From: Lysobacterales bacterium
GTDB lineage: Bacteria > Pseudomonadota > Gammaproteobacteria > Xanthomonadales > Xanthomonadaceae
Assembly: GCA_019510195.1 (NCBI GenBank)
Contig: JAEKKW010000056.1
Span: 35,309 to 99,308, forward strand
Direction of reading: 5' to 3'
DNA length: 64,000 nucleotides
The notes beneath the pieces are model-generated. The model made no database searches and had not been told where the DNA came from. It worked only from the letters and a program-made list of their open reading frames with translations. Shown in pieces: positions 37,519-49,844 of this stretch; position 1 is the stretch's first letter, and each line of letters begins with the position of its first letter. Both the position numbers and the translations under genes were made by a program.

Positions 37519-39399
37519 TCAGCGCAGTTCGAGGATCGTCGCCGACTTTGCCGGAAGCATGAGCGATGCGCCGAGTTGCACATCGATGTCGTTCAACACG
37601 TCATGTGCACGCGCGCCCGGCTTGACGAAGGCGGCGAAGCGATCGAGCGCCACGGTGTTCGCGGCGTCACTCTTGTTGAGCGCGACCATCACCGCCCCGT
37701 GTTTGCCATCGTGGCGGAAATAGACGTAGACCGGGCCTTCCGGCGCGAAGTGGCTGAGTTGCCCGCTCTGCACCACCGGCGTGCGCTTGCGCCATTCGAA
37801 CAGTTTGCGGACGTAGGCCTGCGCATCGCGCTGAGCGGGCGAGAGTCCGTTTCCGGTGAATGCATTCGTGGCGTCGCCGTTCCAGCCGCCCGGCATGTCG
37901 GCGCGGATCTCGCCGTCATGGCGTTCCTTCGGTCCGCGCACCAGCACTTCCGATCCGTAATAGAACTGCGGCGTGCCGCGCACGGTCGCGATGTAGGCCA
38001 TCGCGATCTTCCACAGGCCGATGTCGCCGTCGAGTTGGGCGAGCAGGCGCGTGGTGTCGTGGTTTTCGGCGAACACCACCAGTCGCCCGGGATCGGGGTA
38101 GAGGAAATCGTTGCCGAGCATTTCGTACAGCGGCACCCAGCTGCTGTCATGGCGCGTGTCCTGTTGCAGCAACACGTCGCGCAGGGTGGTGTGGATCGGG
38201 AAATCCATCATGCTCGGCATGTGCGGAACGTGGCCATCGCGATTGACCTTGCCGCGCTGCCAGTGCGCGACGATGGCCGGATTGACGCTCCACTCCTCGC
38301 CGACCATGGCGAAGTGCGGGTATTCGTCGAGAATTTCCCTTGCCCATTGCGAGACGAAGGCGGTGTCGGCGTAACCGAAGGTGTCCTCGCGGATGCCTGA
38401 GAGATCGGCGTATTCGATCCACCACAGGCTGTTCTGGATCAGATAGCGCGCCAAATGCGGATTGCGCTGGTTGAGATCGGGCATGCCCGGGCTGAACCAG
38501 CCATCGACGAAGGCCGCGCGATCGCCGGGCGTGGCGTGCGGGTCCTGGATCGTGGTGCGGCGATTGTTGGTCGGGGAGAATTTGCCGCCGTTGTTGATCC
38601 AGTCGGCGCCGGGCAGGTCCTGCATCCACCAGTGGCCGGACCCGATGTGGTTCAGCACCACGTCCATGATCAGGCCGATGCCGCGCGCCTTCGCCTCGCG
38701 CGACAGCGCGCGATAATCCTCGTTGCTGCCGAAACGCGGATCGATGCGATAGAGATCGGTGATCGCGTAGCCGTGGTAGGAGAACTTCGGCTGGTTGTTC
38801 TCCAGCAAAGGCGTCGGCCACAGCTGGGTGAAGCCGAGCCCGGCGATGTAGTCGAGGTGCCGGCGGATGCCGGCGATGTCGCCGCCGTGGCGGCCATTCG
38901 GATTACCGCGATCAGCGGTTTCCTTCATCCCCGCCACGCTGTCGTTGCGCGGATCATCGTTGGCGAAGCGATCAGGCGTGACTAGGTAGATGGCGTCGCG
39001 GGCATCGAAACCGCGACGTTGCGCGGAGCCCGGCGCGCGCGCGTCGAGTCGCCAGGGATGCGTCGTGACGACCTTGTCGTGCGCGACGAATTCGATGGTG
39101 ACTTCGCCGGGTTTGGCGTCCTGCGCAATCGCCACTGTCACGAACAGGTAATTGGGGTTGGCGACTTTCGCGACATCGACGATGCGCACGCCCTTGCGCG
39201 AGATCCGCGGCGTGGTTGCGGCAATGTGATCACCATGCACCATCAGCTCCACGCGAGCATGCTTCATCCCCACCCACCAGCTGGCCGGCTCCAAATGATC
39301 GATGACCAGGTGATCGATGGCGTGGTGGTCGCTGGCCAGCGCACGCGTCGGCAGGGTCGCCGCGATCAACAGCAGGCAGGACGCGAACGCGATGCGCAT
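37519..39399 (-). CDS. Secreted GH13 alpha-amylase family glycoside hydrolase (cyclomaltodextrinase-like)
   Basis: Signal peptide [24 protein letters not shown]13 regions I-IV: [33 protein letters not shown]. Confidence 0.88.
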   Translation of the reverse strand: MRIAFASCLLLIAATLPTRALASDHHAIDHLVIDHLEPASWWVGMKHARVELMVHGDHIAATTPRISRKGVRIVDVAKVANPNYLFVTVAIAQDAKPGEVTIEFVAHDKVVTTHPWRLDARAPGSAQRRGFDARDAIYLVTPDRFANDDPRNDSVAGMKETADRGNPNGRHGGDIAGIRRHLDYIAGLGFTQLWPTPLLENNQPKFSYHGYAITDLYRIDPRFGSNEDYRALSREAKARGIGLIMDVVLNHIGSGHWWMQDLPGADWINNGGKFSPTNNRRTTIQDPHATPGDRAAFVDGWFSPGMPDLNQRNPHLARYLIQNSLWWIEYADLSGIREDTFGYADTAFVSQWAREILDEYPHFAMVGEEWSVNPAIVAHWQRGKVNRDGHVPHMPSMMDFPIHTTLRDVLLQQDTRHDSSWVPLYEMLGNDFLYPDPGRLVVFAENHDTTRLLAQLDGDIGLWKIAMAYIATVRGTPQFYYGSEVLVRGPKERHDGEIRADMPGGWNGDATNAFTGNGLSPAQRDAQAYVRKLFEWRKRTPVVQSGQLSHFAPEGPVYVYFRHDGKHGAVMVALNKSDAANTVALDRFAAFVKPGARAHDVLNDIDVQLGASLMLPAKSATILELR

Positions 39400-39532
39400 G
39401 GAGCTTCCTTTGGCGGGGATATCCGCAGGCTACGCCGCGCATCCGCACGCGCCAACACGGGCAGCGCGGAATACGTATGCAGCGCGCGATCCGCCCCCGT
39501 ATAGTGATCACCCCGCGAAGTGCGAGCCACCC

Positions 39533-42038
<2,506 letters not shown>

Positions 42039-42039
<1 letters not shown>

Positions 42040-42884
42040 TGGAGCGGATCGAGCATCGCGCCTGCTTCGGCGGCTGGCAGGATGTCTGGCGTCATCACTC
42101 CGGTGTTCTGGATTGCGAAATGAATTTCGCGGTCTACCTGCCGCCGCAGGCTGCGCGCGAACGTTGTCCGGTGTTGTACTGGCTGTCCGGCCTCACCTGC
42201 ACCGAACAGAACGTCATCACCAAGGCCGGCGCCCAGCGTCATGCGGCGGAACACGGCGTCATCCTGGTCGCGCCCGATACCAGCCCGCGTGGCGACGGCG
42301 TGCCCGATGCGGAGGGTTACGATCTCGGCAAGGGCGCGGGTTTCTATCTCGATGCCACGCAGGCGCCGTGGTCGGCGCACTACCGCATGTACGACTACGT
42401 GGTAAACGAATTGCCGGCGCTGGTCGAAGCCGATTTTCCGGCTACCGATGCGCGCGCGATCAGTGGCCACTCGATGGGCGGGCACGGCGCGTTGACGATT
42501 GCATTGAAGAATCCCGGCCGCTATCGCAGTGTCTCGGCGTTCTCTCCGATCGTCGCGCCGTCACGGGTGCCATGGGGCGAGAAGGCCTTCGTCGCCTATC
42601 TCGGCGACGATCGCGAAGCGTGGAAGCGCCACGACACGGTGGAACTGGTGAAACAGGGCCGACTGGAGCAGGCCAGCGAAAAACTACCGCTGCTCGTCGA
42701 TCAGGGTGACGCCGACGAATTCCTGGCAACGCAACTCAAACCGGAATTGTTGCGTGAAGCCTGCGCGGCCGCCGGGCATCCACTGACGCTGCGGATGCAG
42801 CCCGGCTACGACCACAGCTATTACTTCATCGCCAGTTTCATCGGCGACCACATCGCCCACCACGCCCGGGCGTTGCGCGGCTGA
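42039..42884 (+). CDS. fghA: S-formylglutathione hydrolase (esterase D)
   Basis: [34 protein letters not shown], and [10 protein letters not shown] (nucleophile elbow). The start overlaps the frmA stop. Confidence 0.93.
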
Positions 42885-44546
42885 TCAGTAGCGCGAGGCG
42901 GTGAGCGGTGCATCCGCCCATTGCCAGGCTTCGCGATAGCGACGTTCGGTATCGGTCGCAGCGGGATCACCCAGTCGTTTCTGCGCGAGCGCGAGACCAA
43001 ACAGCGACCAGCCGTTGTCGGGATATGTGCGCAGATCTTCGCGATAGACGACCGCGGCAGCCCGCGGATCGCCGGCTTCCAGCAATGTCGCGCCGAGATA
43101 GGGGCGCGCCGGCAATGGCCAGTTCGCCGGTTCGTCGTAGAGCAGCTTGTCTTCGGCGGCAACGGCGGCGCGCAAGGCTGCGACTGCATTCTTCAGGTCG
43201 CCTTGCGTGCGCAGCAATTCGCCTTCCAGCATCGGCACGGCGACCGCGACCAGTGCGTCGGCGCCATTGGTGAAATGCGTCTTGGCCAGCGCGGGATCGC
43301 CGGCGATGTGGCGCAGCGCGGCGAGATCGGCCCGCGCAGCTGCCATGTCGCCCGTGCGGGCGTGGGCCATGCCGCGCGCGAAACGCCACATGGCGGCGGG
43401 ATAGGGCAAATCACTGGTTGGCGCGGATTGCGCGAGGATGTCGTTCCAGCGGCCGAAGCGCACCTGGGTGAGGATGGGTGCGACCACGAACAGCTGCATC
43501 GCCTGCATCGGCGTGTCGGTGCCCATCAGCTTGCGATCGGCGCGCTGCGCGGTCTGGTCGGCGGCGCGCAATGCCAGCGTTGCCGAGCCGGAAAGTCCGG
43601 CGCTCATCGTCGCGAAATGCCAGTTGTGCGGCACGTAGCCGAGCGGATAGACGCCGTTGCTGCCGCGGCAGACGGCCAGGAATGCGGCGTCGGCGGTGCT
43701 GGCGGCGAAATTGGTCATGGTGGCGTCGTGGTAGCGGCCGACGCGGATGTAGGTATGCGCGGGCATGTGCACCAGGTGTCCGGAACCCGGCGCCTGTTGT
43801 GCCAGCGTGTCGGCGTAGGCCAGTGCGCGTTCGGGCGTCGACGAGGCTTCGGTGGCGTGGATGTAGTAGTGCATCGCACCGATGTGCCGCGGATTGCGGG
43901 CGAGGACACGCTCGAGTTCGGCGAGGATCGCCGGGGTGGATTCGCCTGGCGTCTTGCCGTCGTCGGACCAGTACGCCCACGGCGTCAGGTCCATCAGCGA
44001 TTCGGCGTGCAGGGTGGCGATGTCGTCGTCAGCGGGGAAATCGCGCGCGGCCTTGGCCATCGCATCGGCATAGGCGCGATCGAGCGGCTTGCGGTCCTGC
44101 GGCGCGGGATCGGCATAACGAGCCTGCAATGCCGCGATCAGTGCGCGATCCGCCGGGCGCGCGTGATCCGAAAGACGCGCGGCGCGTTGCGCCAGCGCCG
44201 TAGCTTCCTTCGTGACATCCGGACCCATCGGCATGTTGATGTTGGGACCAAGCACCACGGCCTGGCCCCAGACGCAGATCGCGCAATCGGGATCCAGCCG
44301 CGCCGCTTCGGCGAAGGCACGACCGGCGGCGTCATGGTTGAAACCGTAGAGCAGGCGCAGGCCCTGGTCGAAATAGCGCTGGGCCGCGGGCGATGCACTG
44401 CCGGTGTCGCGATGCAGTGTTCCGAAGGTTTCGAACAGTGCCGGTGGCGGCGCTGCCGCGGCGGCATGTGGAGATGGCGATTCGCAACCCGTGGCGATGC
44501 AGGCGATGACAGCGGCAAGGGTGCAGGAAACAACGGGCAAGCGCAT
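42885..44546 (-). CDS. TPR-repeat lipoprotein of unknown function
   Basis: Lipobox IATGC and helical repeat content throughout (AQRYFDQGLRLLYGFNHDAAGRAFAEAARLDPDCA...). 553 aa. Confidence 0.65.
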   Translation of the reverse strand: MRLPVVSCTLAAVIACIATGCESPSPHAAAAAPPPALFETFGTLHRDTGSASPAAQRYFDQGLRLLYGFNHDAAGRAFAEAARLDPDCAICVWGQAVVLGPNINMPMGPDVTKEATALAQRAARLSDHARPADRALIAALQARYADPAPQDRKPLDRAYADAMAKAARDFPADDDIATLHAESLMDLTPWAYWSDDGKTPGESTPAILAELERVLARNPRHIGAMHYYIHATEASSTPERALAYADTLAQQAPGSGHLVHMPAHTYIRVGRYHDATMTNFAASTADAAFLAVCRGSNGVYPLGYVPHNWHFATMSAGLSGSATLALRAADQTAQRADRKLMGTDTPMQAMQLFVVAPILTQVRFGRWNDILAQSAPTSDLPYPAAMWRFARGMAHARTGDMAAARADLAALRHIAGDPALAKTHFTNGADALVAVAVPMLEGELLRTQGDLKNAVAALRAAVAAEDKLLYDEPANWPLPARPYLGATLLEAGDPRAAAVVYREDLRTYPDNGWSLFGLALAQKRLGDPAATDTERRYREAWQWADAPLTASRY

Positions 44547-44636
44547 GCTGGATCCTTCCGGCAGTCAGGCACGATCAGGCGGCTCGGTGCCGCAGGCGGA
44601 TCATCCCACCGCCCCCTGCGATCGGCAACCTCCCTC

Positions 44637-44882
44637 CTAATGGGGCTTGCCAAGTTCGTGCCAGCTCTTCTCGTGCAGTTCGACGCCGAATTTGCGCGCG
44701 GCGGATTCGATGCGTTTCCAGGCCGCGTCGCGTTCGCTGTCGCTGACTTCTTTCACCTGGTCGAAACGGGCGACGGCGTTGCGAACGTGACTGGCGTCGT
44801 TGAGCGGCAGCTTGCGTTCGCCGGGAAAGGCGAATTCGCCGCCGGGGATGGCGTTGCGATCACGGGCTTCAAGTTCGGACAT
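44637..44882 (-). CDS. Small conserved hypothetical protein (DUF6582-like)
   Basis: 81-aa ORF, FAFPGERKLPLNDASHVRNAVARFDQV motif. Good codon bias. Divergent from ppc. Confidence 0.55.
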   Translation of the reverse strand: MSELEARDRNAIPGGEFAFPGERKLPLNDASHVRNAVARFDQVKEVSDSERDAAWKRIESAARKFGVELHEKSWHELGKPH

Positions 44883-45009
44883 GTCAGCGCTCCTCTTGCG
44901 ATGCGGGACCAGCCTGTGCCGTGCGCAGGAAAGCCGCCGTCAAGGAAACGTTTGCAGTTCGATTCCGGTCATTGCTGCAGCGCCGCAAAATCGGGCATAG
45001 TCTGGGGGG

Positions 45010-47646
45010 ATGGACCAGACCACTGCCATCCCCGCCGGCGAGGCGCCGTTGCGCGAATCGTTGGCGTTCGCTGACACCGACACCCTGCTGCGCGACGATG
45101 TGCGTCGCCTCGGTGCGCTTGTCGGCGAAATGCTGGCCGAGCAGACCTCGCCGGCCTTCCTCGAAACCGTCGAGACCTTGCGGCGCGAAGCGATCGCCCG
45201 CCGCGAGCGTGCGTTGCCGGTCGACGCGCTGACCGCGCGCCTGCAGCGGGTGTCGACCAGCGATGCCGAAGCCTTGGCGCGTGCGTTCGCCACCTATTTC
45301 CGCGCCATCAACCTCGCCGAGCGCGTGCACCGCATCCGCCGCCGCCGCGATTACCAGCGCACCGCCGCGGATGCCCAGCCGGGCAGCCTCGCCGCGGTGT
45401 GCGAGGGGTTGCAGCGCGATGGCGTGACGCGGGCCGATGTCGATGCCTTGCTGCCGGCATTGCGGATCGAACCGGTACTGACCGCGCATCCGACCGAGAG
45501 CGTGCGTCGCGCCCTGCTCGACAAGGAGCACGACATCGTGCGTCGCCTGGTCGCCGACATCGATCGCACCCGGACGCCCGACGAACGCGAAAGCGACACC
45601 GCACGCATCCGCCAGGCATTGACCACCGCGTGGCAGACCGCGGAAGCGTCGCCGCTGCGCCCGACCGTGGCCGACGAAACCGCGCATGTCGGGTTCTATC
45701 TCGGCGAAGTGCTGTACCGCGTGTTGCCGGCGTTGCATCGCGAATTCGCGCGCGCGGTCGAAGGCGTGTGGGGCAACACGATCGATCCCGGCGAATTCCT
45801 GCGCTTCGCGACCTGGGTTGGCGGCGACATGGACGGCAATCCCAATGTCGGCGCGGGGACGATCCGCGCGACCCTGGCGTCGCAGCGCAAGCGCGTGCTG
45901 GCGCTGTACCGGCGCGACCTGCGCACGCTCGACAAGGTGTTGACGCAGACGATCGATCGCGCTTCGGTGGCATCTGGATTGCGCGATCGCGTGGTCGAAT
46001 ACAAGGCCCTGCTGCCGGATGCCGCGCCGACCCTGGGCGCGCGCTACGACGACATGCCCTATCGCCAGTTGTTGCATCTCGTCGATGCGCGGCTCGCGGC
46101 GACCATGGACGATGCGCCGGGGGCCTACGCCACCGCGGCTGAATTCATCGCCGACCTCGACCTGGTCGATGCCAGCCTGCGGGGCGGGCGCGGTGGGCAC
46201 GCCGGCGCCGAAGCGTTGTGGCGGGTGCGCATCCGCGCGCGCAGTTTCGGCTTCCATCTCGCCGCGCTCGACCTGCGCCAGGATTCGGCGGTGCACGAAG
46301 TGGCGTTGGCCCAGCCGTCCTCGGATGTCGCCAAGGCGACATTGGACGTGTTTGCAGCGATGCGCGAAGCGCGCCAACGCTACGGCGAACGCGCCTTCGG
46401 GCCCTACATCATCAGCATGAGCCGCAACGCCGGCGACGTGCTCGCGGTGCTGGAATTGGCGCGCATGGCCGGTTTCGATGGCGACATCCCGATCGACGTC
46501 GCGCCGCTGTTCGAAACCATCGACGACCTGCGCGCCGCGCCCGGGGTGATGCGCGGCCTGTTCGCCGATCCGGATTATCGCCGCCACCTGCAAGCGCGCG
46601 GCAACCGCCAGATGGTGATGCTCGGTTATTCCGACAGCGCCAAGGACGGCGGCATGCTGTCGTCGCGCTGGACCCTGCAGCGCAGCCAGCGCGTGCTGAC
46701 CGAACTGGCGCGGGAAACTGGCGTGCGCATCGTGTTCTTCCACGGCCGTGGCGGCACCGTCAGTCGCGGCGGCGGCAATTCGGTGCGTGCGGTGATCGCG
46801 GCGCCGCGCGGTTCGGTCGACGGCGTGTTGCGCCTGACCGAACAGGGCGAAGTGATCCATCGCAAATACGGCATCCGTGCATTGGCCTTGCGCAATCTCG
46901 AGCAGCTCACCGGCGCGGTGCTGCAGGCCAGCCTGCGCCCGCGCGCGACGGACGGGCGCGAGGAAGCATGGCGTAGGGTGATGACGACGCTGGCAGATGC
47001 CGCGCGTTCGCACTATCGCGCGCTGGTCCACGAGGATCCGGGCTTCGTCGAGTATTTCCGCAAGGCGACGCCGATCGACGTGATCGAACGCCTGCAATTC
47101 GGTTCGCGGCCATCGCGGCGGCGCGATGGCGGCATCGAGCAACTGCGCGCCATCCCGTGGGTGTTCGCGTGGTCGCAGAATCGCTCGCAATTGACCGGCT
47201 GGTACGGCACCGGCACCGCGCTGGAACGCGGCATCGCCGAACACGGGCTGGAGGCGATGGCGACGATGGCGCGCGACTGGCCGTTCTTCGCGGCGACGCT
47301 GGGCGATCTCGAAGTCGCACTGGCGACCGCCGACATGGACATCTTCGAGCGCTACTCGCGTCTCGCCGGAATCGATGGCGAGCGCTATTTCGCGCAAATC
47401 CGCGACGAACACGCGCGTGCCTGCGCGGCGGTGCAACGCCTGCGTGGCAGCGATCGCCTGCTGGCCGACGACTATCGCCTGCGCCTGGCGATCCGCCTGC
47501 GCAATCCCTATGTCGATCCGATCAGCCTGCTCCAGGTCGACCTGCTGCGGCGCTGGCGCGACGGCGATCGCACGGACGAGGCGGTGTTCACCGCGTTGAA
47601 GGAAACGGTGAACGGCATCGCGGCGGGCATCCAGCACACGGGTTGA
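45010..47646 (+). CDS. ppc: Phosphoenolpyruvate carboxylase
   Basis: VLTAHPTE, GYSDSAKDGG, FHGRGGTVSRGGG, LTEQGEV, C-terminal IQHTG. 878 aa. Confidence 0.96.
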   Translation: MDQTTAIPAGEAPLRESLAFADTDTLLRDDVRRLGALVGEMLAEQTSPAFLETVETLRREAIARRERALPVDALTARLQRVSTSDAEALARAFATYFRAINLAERVHRIRRRRDYQRTAADAQPGSLAAVCEGLQRDGVTRADVDALLPALRIEPVLTAHPTESVRRALLDKEHDIVRRLVADIDRTRTPDERESDTARIRQALTTAWQTAEASPLRPTVADETAHVGFYLGEVLYRVLPALHREFARAVEGVWGNTIDPGEFLRFATWVGGDMDGNPNVGAGTIRATLASQRKRVLALYRRDLRTLDKVLTQTIDRASVASGLRDRVVEYKALLPDAAPTLGARYDDMPYRQLLHLVDARLAATMDDAPGAYATAAEFIADLDLVDASLRGGRGGHAGAEALWRVRIRARSFGFHLAALDLRQDSAVHEVALAQPSSDVAKATLDVFAAMREARQRYGERAFGPYIISMSRNAGDVLAVLELARMAGFDGDIPIDVAPLFETIDDLRAAPGVMRGLFADPDYRRHLQARGNRQMVMLGYSDSAKDGGMLSSRWTLQRSQRVLTELARETGVRIVFFHGRGGTVSRGGGNSVRAVIAAPRGSVDGVLRLTEQGEVIHRKYGIRALALRNLEQLTGAVLQASLRPRATDGREEAWRRVMTTLADAARSHYRALVHEDPGFVEYFRKATPIDVIERLQFGSRPSRRRDGGIEQLRAIPWVFAWSQNRSQLTGWYGTGTALERGIAEHGLEAMATMARDWPFFAATLGDLEVALATADMDIFERYSRLAGIDGERYFAQIRDEHARACAAVQRLRGSDRLLADDYRLRLAIRLRNPYVDPISLLQVDLLRRWRDGDRTDEAVFTALKETVNGIAAGIQHTG

Positions 47647-47649
47647 GGA

Positions 47650-48312
47650 TCAGCCGGCGAGCAGGAAGTCCGTGTAGTTGAAACGCCCGTCGCGCAGCAC
47701 GCTCCCGCCATGCAGCAGCTCGAGCGGATGATCGAACATCGGTCCCGCCGAAACGACAGTGTGGAATTCGCCGCGCTCGCCGCACGGATCGCAGGACGCC
47801 GGGAGATCTTCCAGCAATGCGGCGTCGTAGGCACGCCCGGAAAACCTGCCGCCGAGCTGGCTGGTATCGACGCAACACAGATGGGCCCGCAATCCACCGG
47901 CGATCATCTCGCGACCGAGCCGGGCGGTGTCGCTGTCGAAGATCGGGAAATGCGCGTTCCAGCCGAGCCGCGCGCACAGCGATTCGCGCCAGCTGCGGAT
48001 GTCGGCGAGAAACAGATCACCAAAGGCGATGTCGCGGATGCCGGGCCAGCGTGACTGTGCCTCGATCAAGGCATCGGCGAAGCTGGCTTCGTAGCTGCCG
48101 TTGTCGGCCTGCTGCGGGATCCACGCTTCGATCAGCGGCAGTCCGGCGGCGTTGGACTGCGCGTGCAACACGTCGCGGCGGATGCCCTGCATCGACACCC
48201 GGTCGTAGCCTTGCGTGAGTGTGGTCAGCAGTCCGGCGATTTCGACATCGCCGCGTTGCCGCAGCGCGTGGAGTGCCCACGCCGAATCCTTGCCGCCGCT
48301 CCAGGCGAGCAA
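47650..48312 (-). CDS. PP-loop ATP-binding protein, Dph6/DUF71 (adenine nucleotide alpha hydrolase) family
   Basis: C-terminal part of track ORF 47650..49053. LLAWSGGKDSAWAL (SGGKDS PP-loop), FGDLFLADIR, GERGEFHT. The start is uncertain: TTG 48312 is proposed, and CTG 48346 is an alternative. Confidence 0.7.
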   Translation of the reverse strand: MLAWSGGKDSAWALHALRQRGDVEIAGLLTTLTQGYDRVSMQGIRRDVLHAQSNAAGLPLIEAWIPQQADNGSYEASFADALIEAQSRWPGIRDIAFGDLFLADIRSWRESLCARLGWNAHFPIFDSDTARLGREMIAGGLRAHLCCVDTSQLGGRFSGRAYDAALLEDLPASCDPCGERGEFHTVVSAGPMFDHPLELLHGGSVLRDGRFNYTDFLLAG

Positions 48313-48341
48313 GGCTTGCGGGGGCGATGGCGGAACCGCGC

Positions 48342-48683
48342 TCAGGCCGCGCTGACGTCGCGCAGCTGCCAGTGCGAACCGGCCAGCAGCGCCATGCGGT
48401 GCTTGACGATGTCGCCTTTCAGCGACGTGGTGGCGATCAGGTCGATGTGGAGGTCGCGTTGCTCGCCGGTGACCGTCGCATCGGGATCGGTCGCGCCCAG
48501 CAGCGGGTCGACGTTCTCGGGATCGTCCTGCTTGTCGCGCCATTGGCGGAACAGTGTCGTGGTGCGCAAGGCATCCTGCAATTCCTGCGCAAAGCCGGAA
48601 GCGCCGTGCGAGTGGAAGCCGAAACCGTTCTTGCCGCGGGCGAGTTCGGGATCGGGCAGGGTGAGATAGAAACGAGTGGCCAT
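48342..48683 (-). CDS. Hypothetical protein, no recognisable domain
   Basis: Track ORF 48342..48713, with the likely start at MATRFYLTLPDPELARGKNGFGFHSHG (ATG 48683). Coding-like GC3 bias. It sits between the DegV and PP-loop genes on the same strand. Confidence 0.5.
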   Translation of the reverse strand: MATRFYLTLPDPELARGKNGFGFHSHGASGFAQELQDALRTTTLFRQWRDKQDDPENVDPLLGATDPDATVTGEQRDLHIDLIATTSLKGDIVKHRMALLAGSHWQLRDVSAA

Positions 48684-48746
48684 CGGGTTCCTTCGCGGCA
48701 AATTCGCCAACAAGGATACCGTCGGGTTGTTCGCTCGTTGTGAGAC

Positions 48747-49691
48747 TCAGGACAACTCGGGTTTGCGATCGCTGGCGAAACCGAGCGACACCGCACCGGG
48801 ACCGAGGTTGATGATGCCGGTCAGGCTCATCAGCGATTCCAGCAATTCCACGCCGTTGTTGCGGCATGCGAGCAACAGGTTGTCGTAACCGGGGAACGTG
48901 TGCAGCTGCTCCAGCGGACCGCCGTAACTCAGGGTGAGATAGGGCGCGGCCAGTCCGCGATCCAATTCGTTGGCGCTTTCGGTGAACAGCTTCTCCACCG
49001 CCGCCTCGAAACCGCGCACCTTGGCGACCGGCCGGGTCACGCCCTGATTGCAATGCAGGATCGGCTTGATGTCGAGCGCACTGCCGAGCATGGCGCTGAC
49101 CAGGCCGACGCTGCGATCTCCCTTGGCGCGGGCGCGGCTGCGCAGATAGTAGAGGTCGGGCGCGACGGCATAGGCATGGGTCGAACGCGCGATCTGTTCC
49201 ATGCGCGCGCGGATCATCGGCGCGTTGTCGCTGGAGGCGTTCATCGCCACGCCGGCCGCGACCGGCACGCCCTGGCCGGCGAACAGGCTGCCGGTGTCGA
49301 GCACGCGCAGCGAGAACGGCGAATTCTTGCCGGCGGCTTCGCGCACCGGGCGGTATTCGTTGAGGATGCTGAAGCTCGCCTGCGTCGCGTGTTCGTAGAT
49401 CGGGCTGCGCTCGCGGGTGACGGTGAGGCAGAACACGTAGTCGTAATCGACGACCAGGCGCTTGAGGAAGAGCTCGCGGATCTGCTCTACGGTGAGCGCG
49501 CTGGTTTCGGCGGCGCTGGCCTCGGCGGCGATCTGGCTGTCGAGGAAGTTGAGCGTGACCTCGTCGTTGCGCTGGTCGGTGGTGACGTGCTCGCCGATGC
49601 GCACGCTGATCGGCATCACCATGACGTCGCCGGAAGAAAAATAGCGATCGGGCAGATCGCAGGTGGCATCGACGAGAAAACCGGTCCGCAT
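48747..49691 (-). CDS. DegV family (EDD-fold, fatty-acid-binding) protein
   Basis: Track ORF 48747..49700, with the probable start at ATG 49691 (MRTGFLVDATCDLPD; GAGG 8 nt upstream). Typical DegV N-terminus, and LGPGAVSLGF near the C-terminus. Confidence 0.8.
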   Translation of the reverse strand: MRTGFLVDATCDLPDRYFSSGDVMVMPISVRIGEHVTTDQRNDEVTLNFLDSQIAAEASAAETSALTVEQIRELFLKRLVVDYDYVFCLTVTRERSPIYEHATQASFSILNEYRPVREAAGKNSPFSLRVLDTGSLFAGQGVPVAAGVAMNASSDNAPMIRARMEQIARSTHAYAVAPDLYYLRSRARAKGDRSVGLVSAMLGSALDIKPILHCNQGVTRPVAKVRGFEAAVEKLFTESANELDRGLAAPYLTLSYGGPLEQLHTFPGYDNLLLACRNNGVELLESLMSLTGIINLGPGAVSLGFASDRKPELS

Positions 49692-49844
49692 GTCCATCAC
49701 CTCAATTCATTGAGTCATGGATGCGACCGATCCTGCGCCTGCTGCATCCTTTGCCCTTGGATTGAATCTTAGCGCCGTGAGGCAGTCGTCAAATGCCGGA
49801 CGGCGTCACAGTTCCGGTATCGCGCGGGGCGGATCCGGCCGATT

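Noticed and set aside
36837-37562. 241-aa plus-strand ORF overlapping engB in another frame
   Set aside because: The engB frame (36898..37515) carries all the GTPase motifs, while the alternative frame is Arg-rich noise.
39400-39532. Possible promoter (TATAGT at about 39500) or riboswitch upstream of gshA
   Set aside because: There is a -10-like hexamer but no convincing -35, and no recognisable riboswitch consensus. The evidence is too weak to report as a feature.
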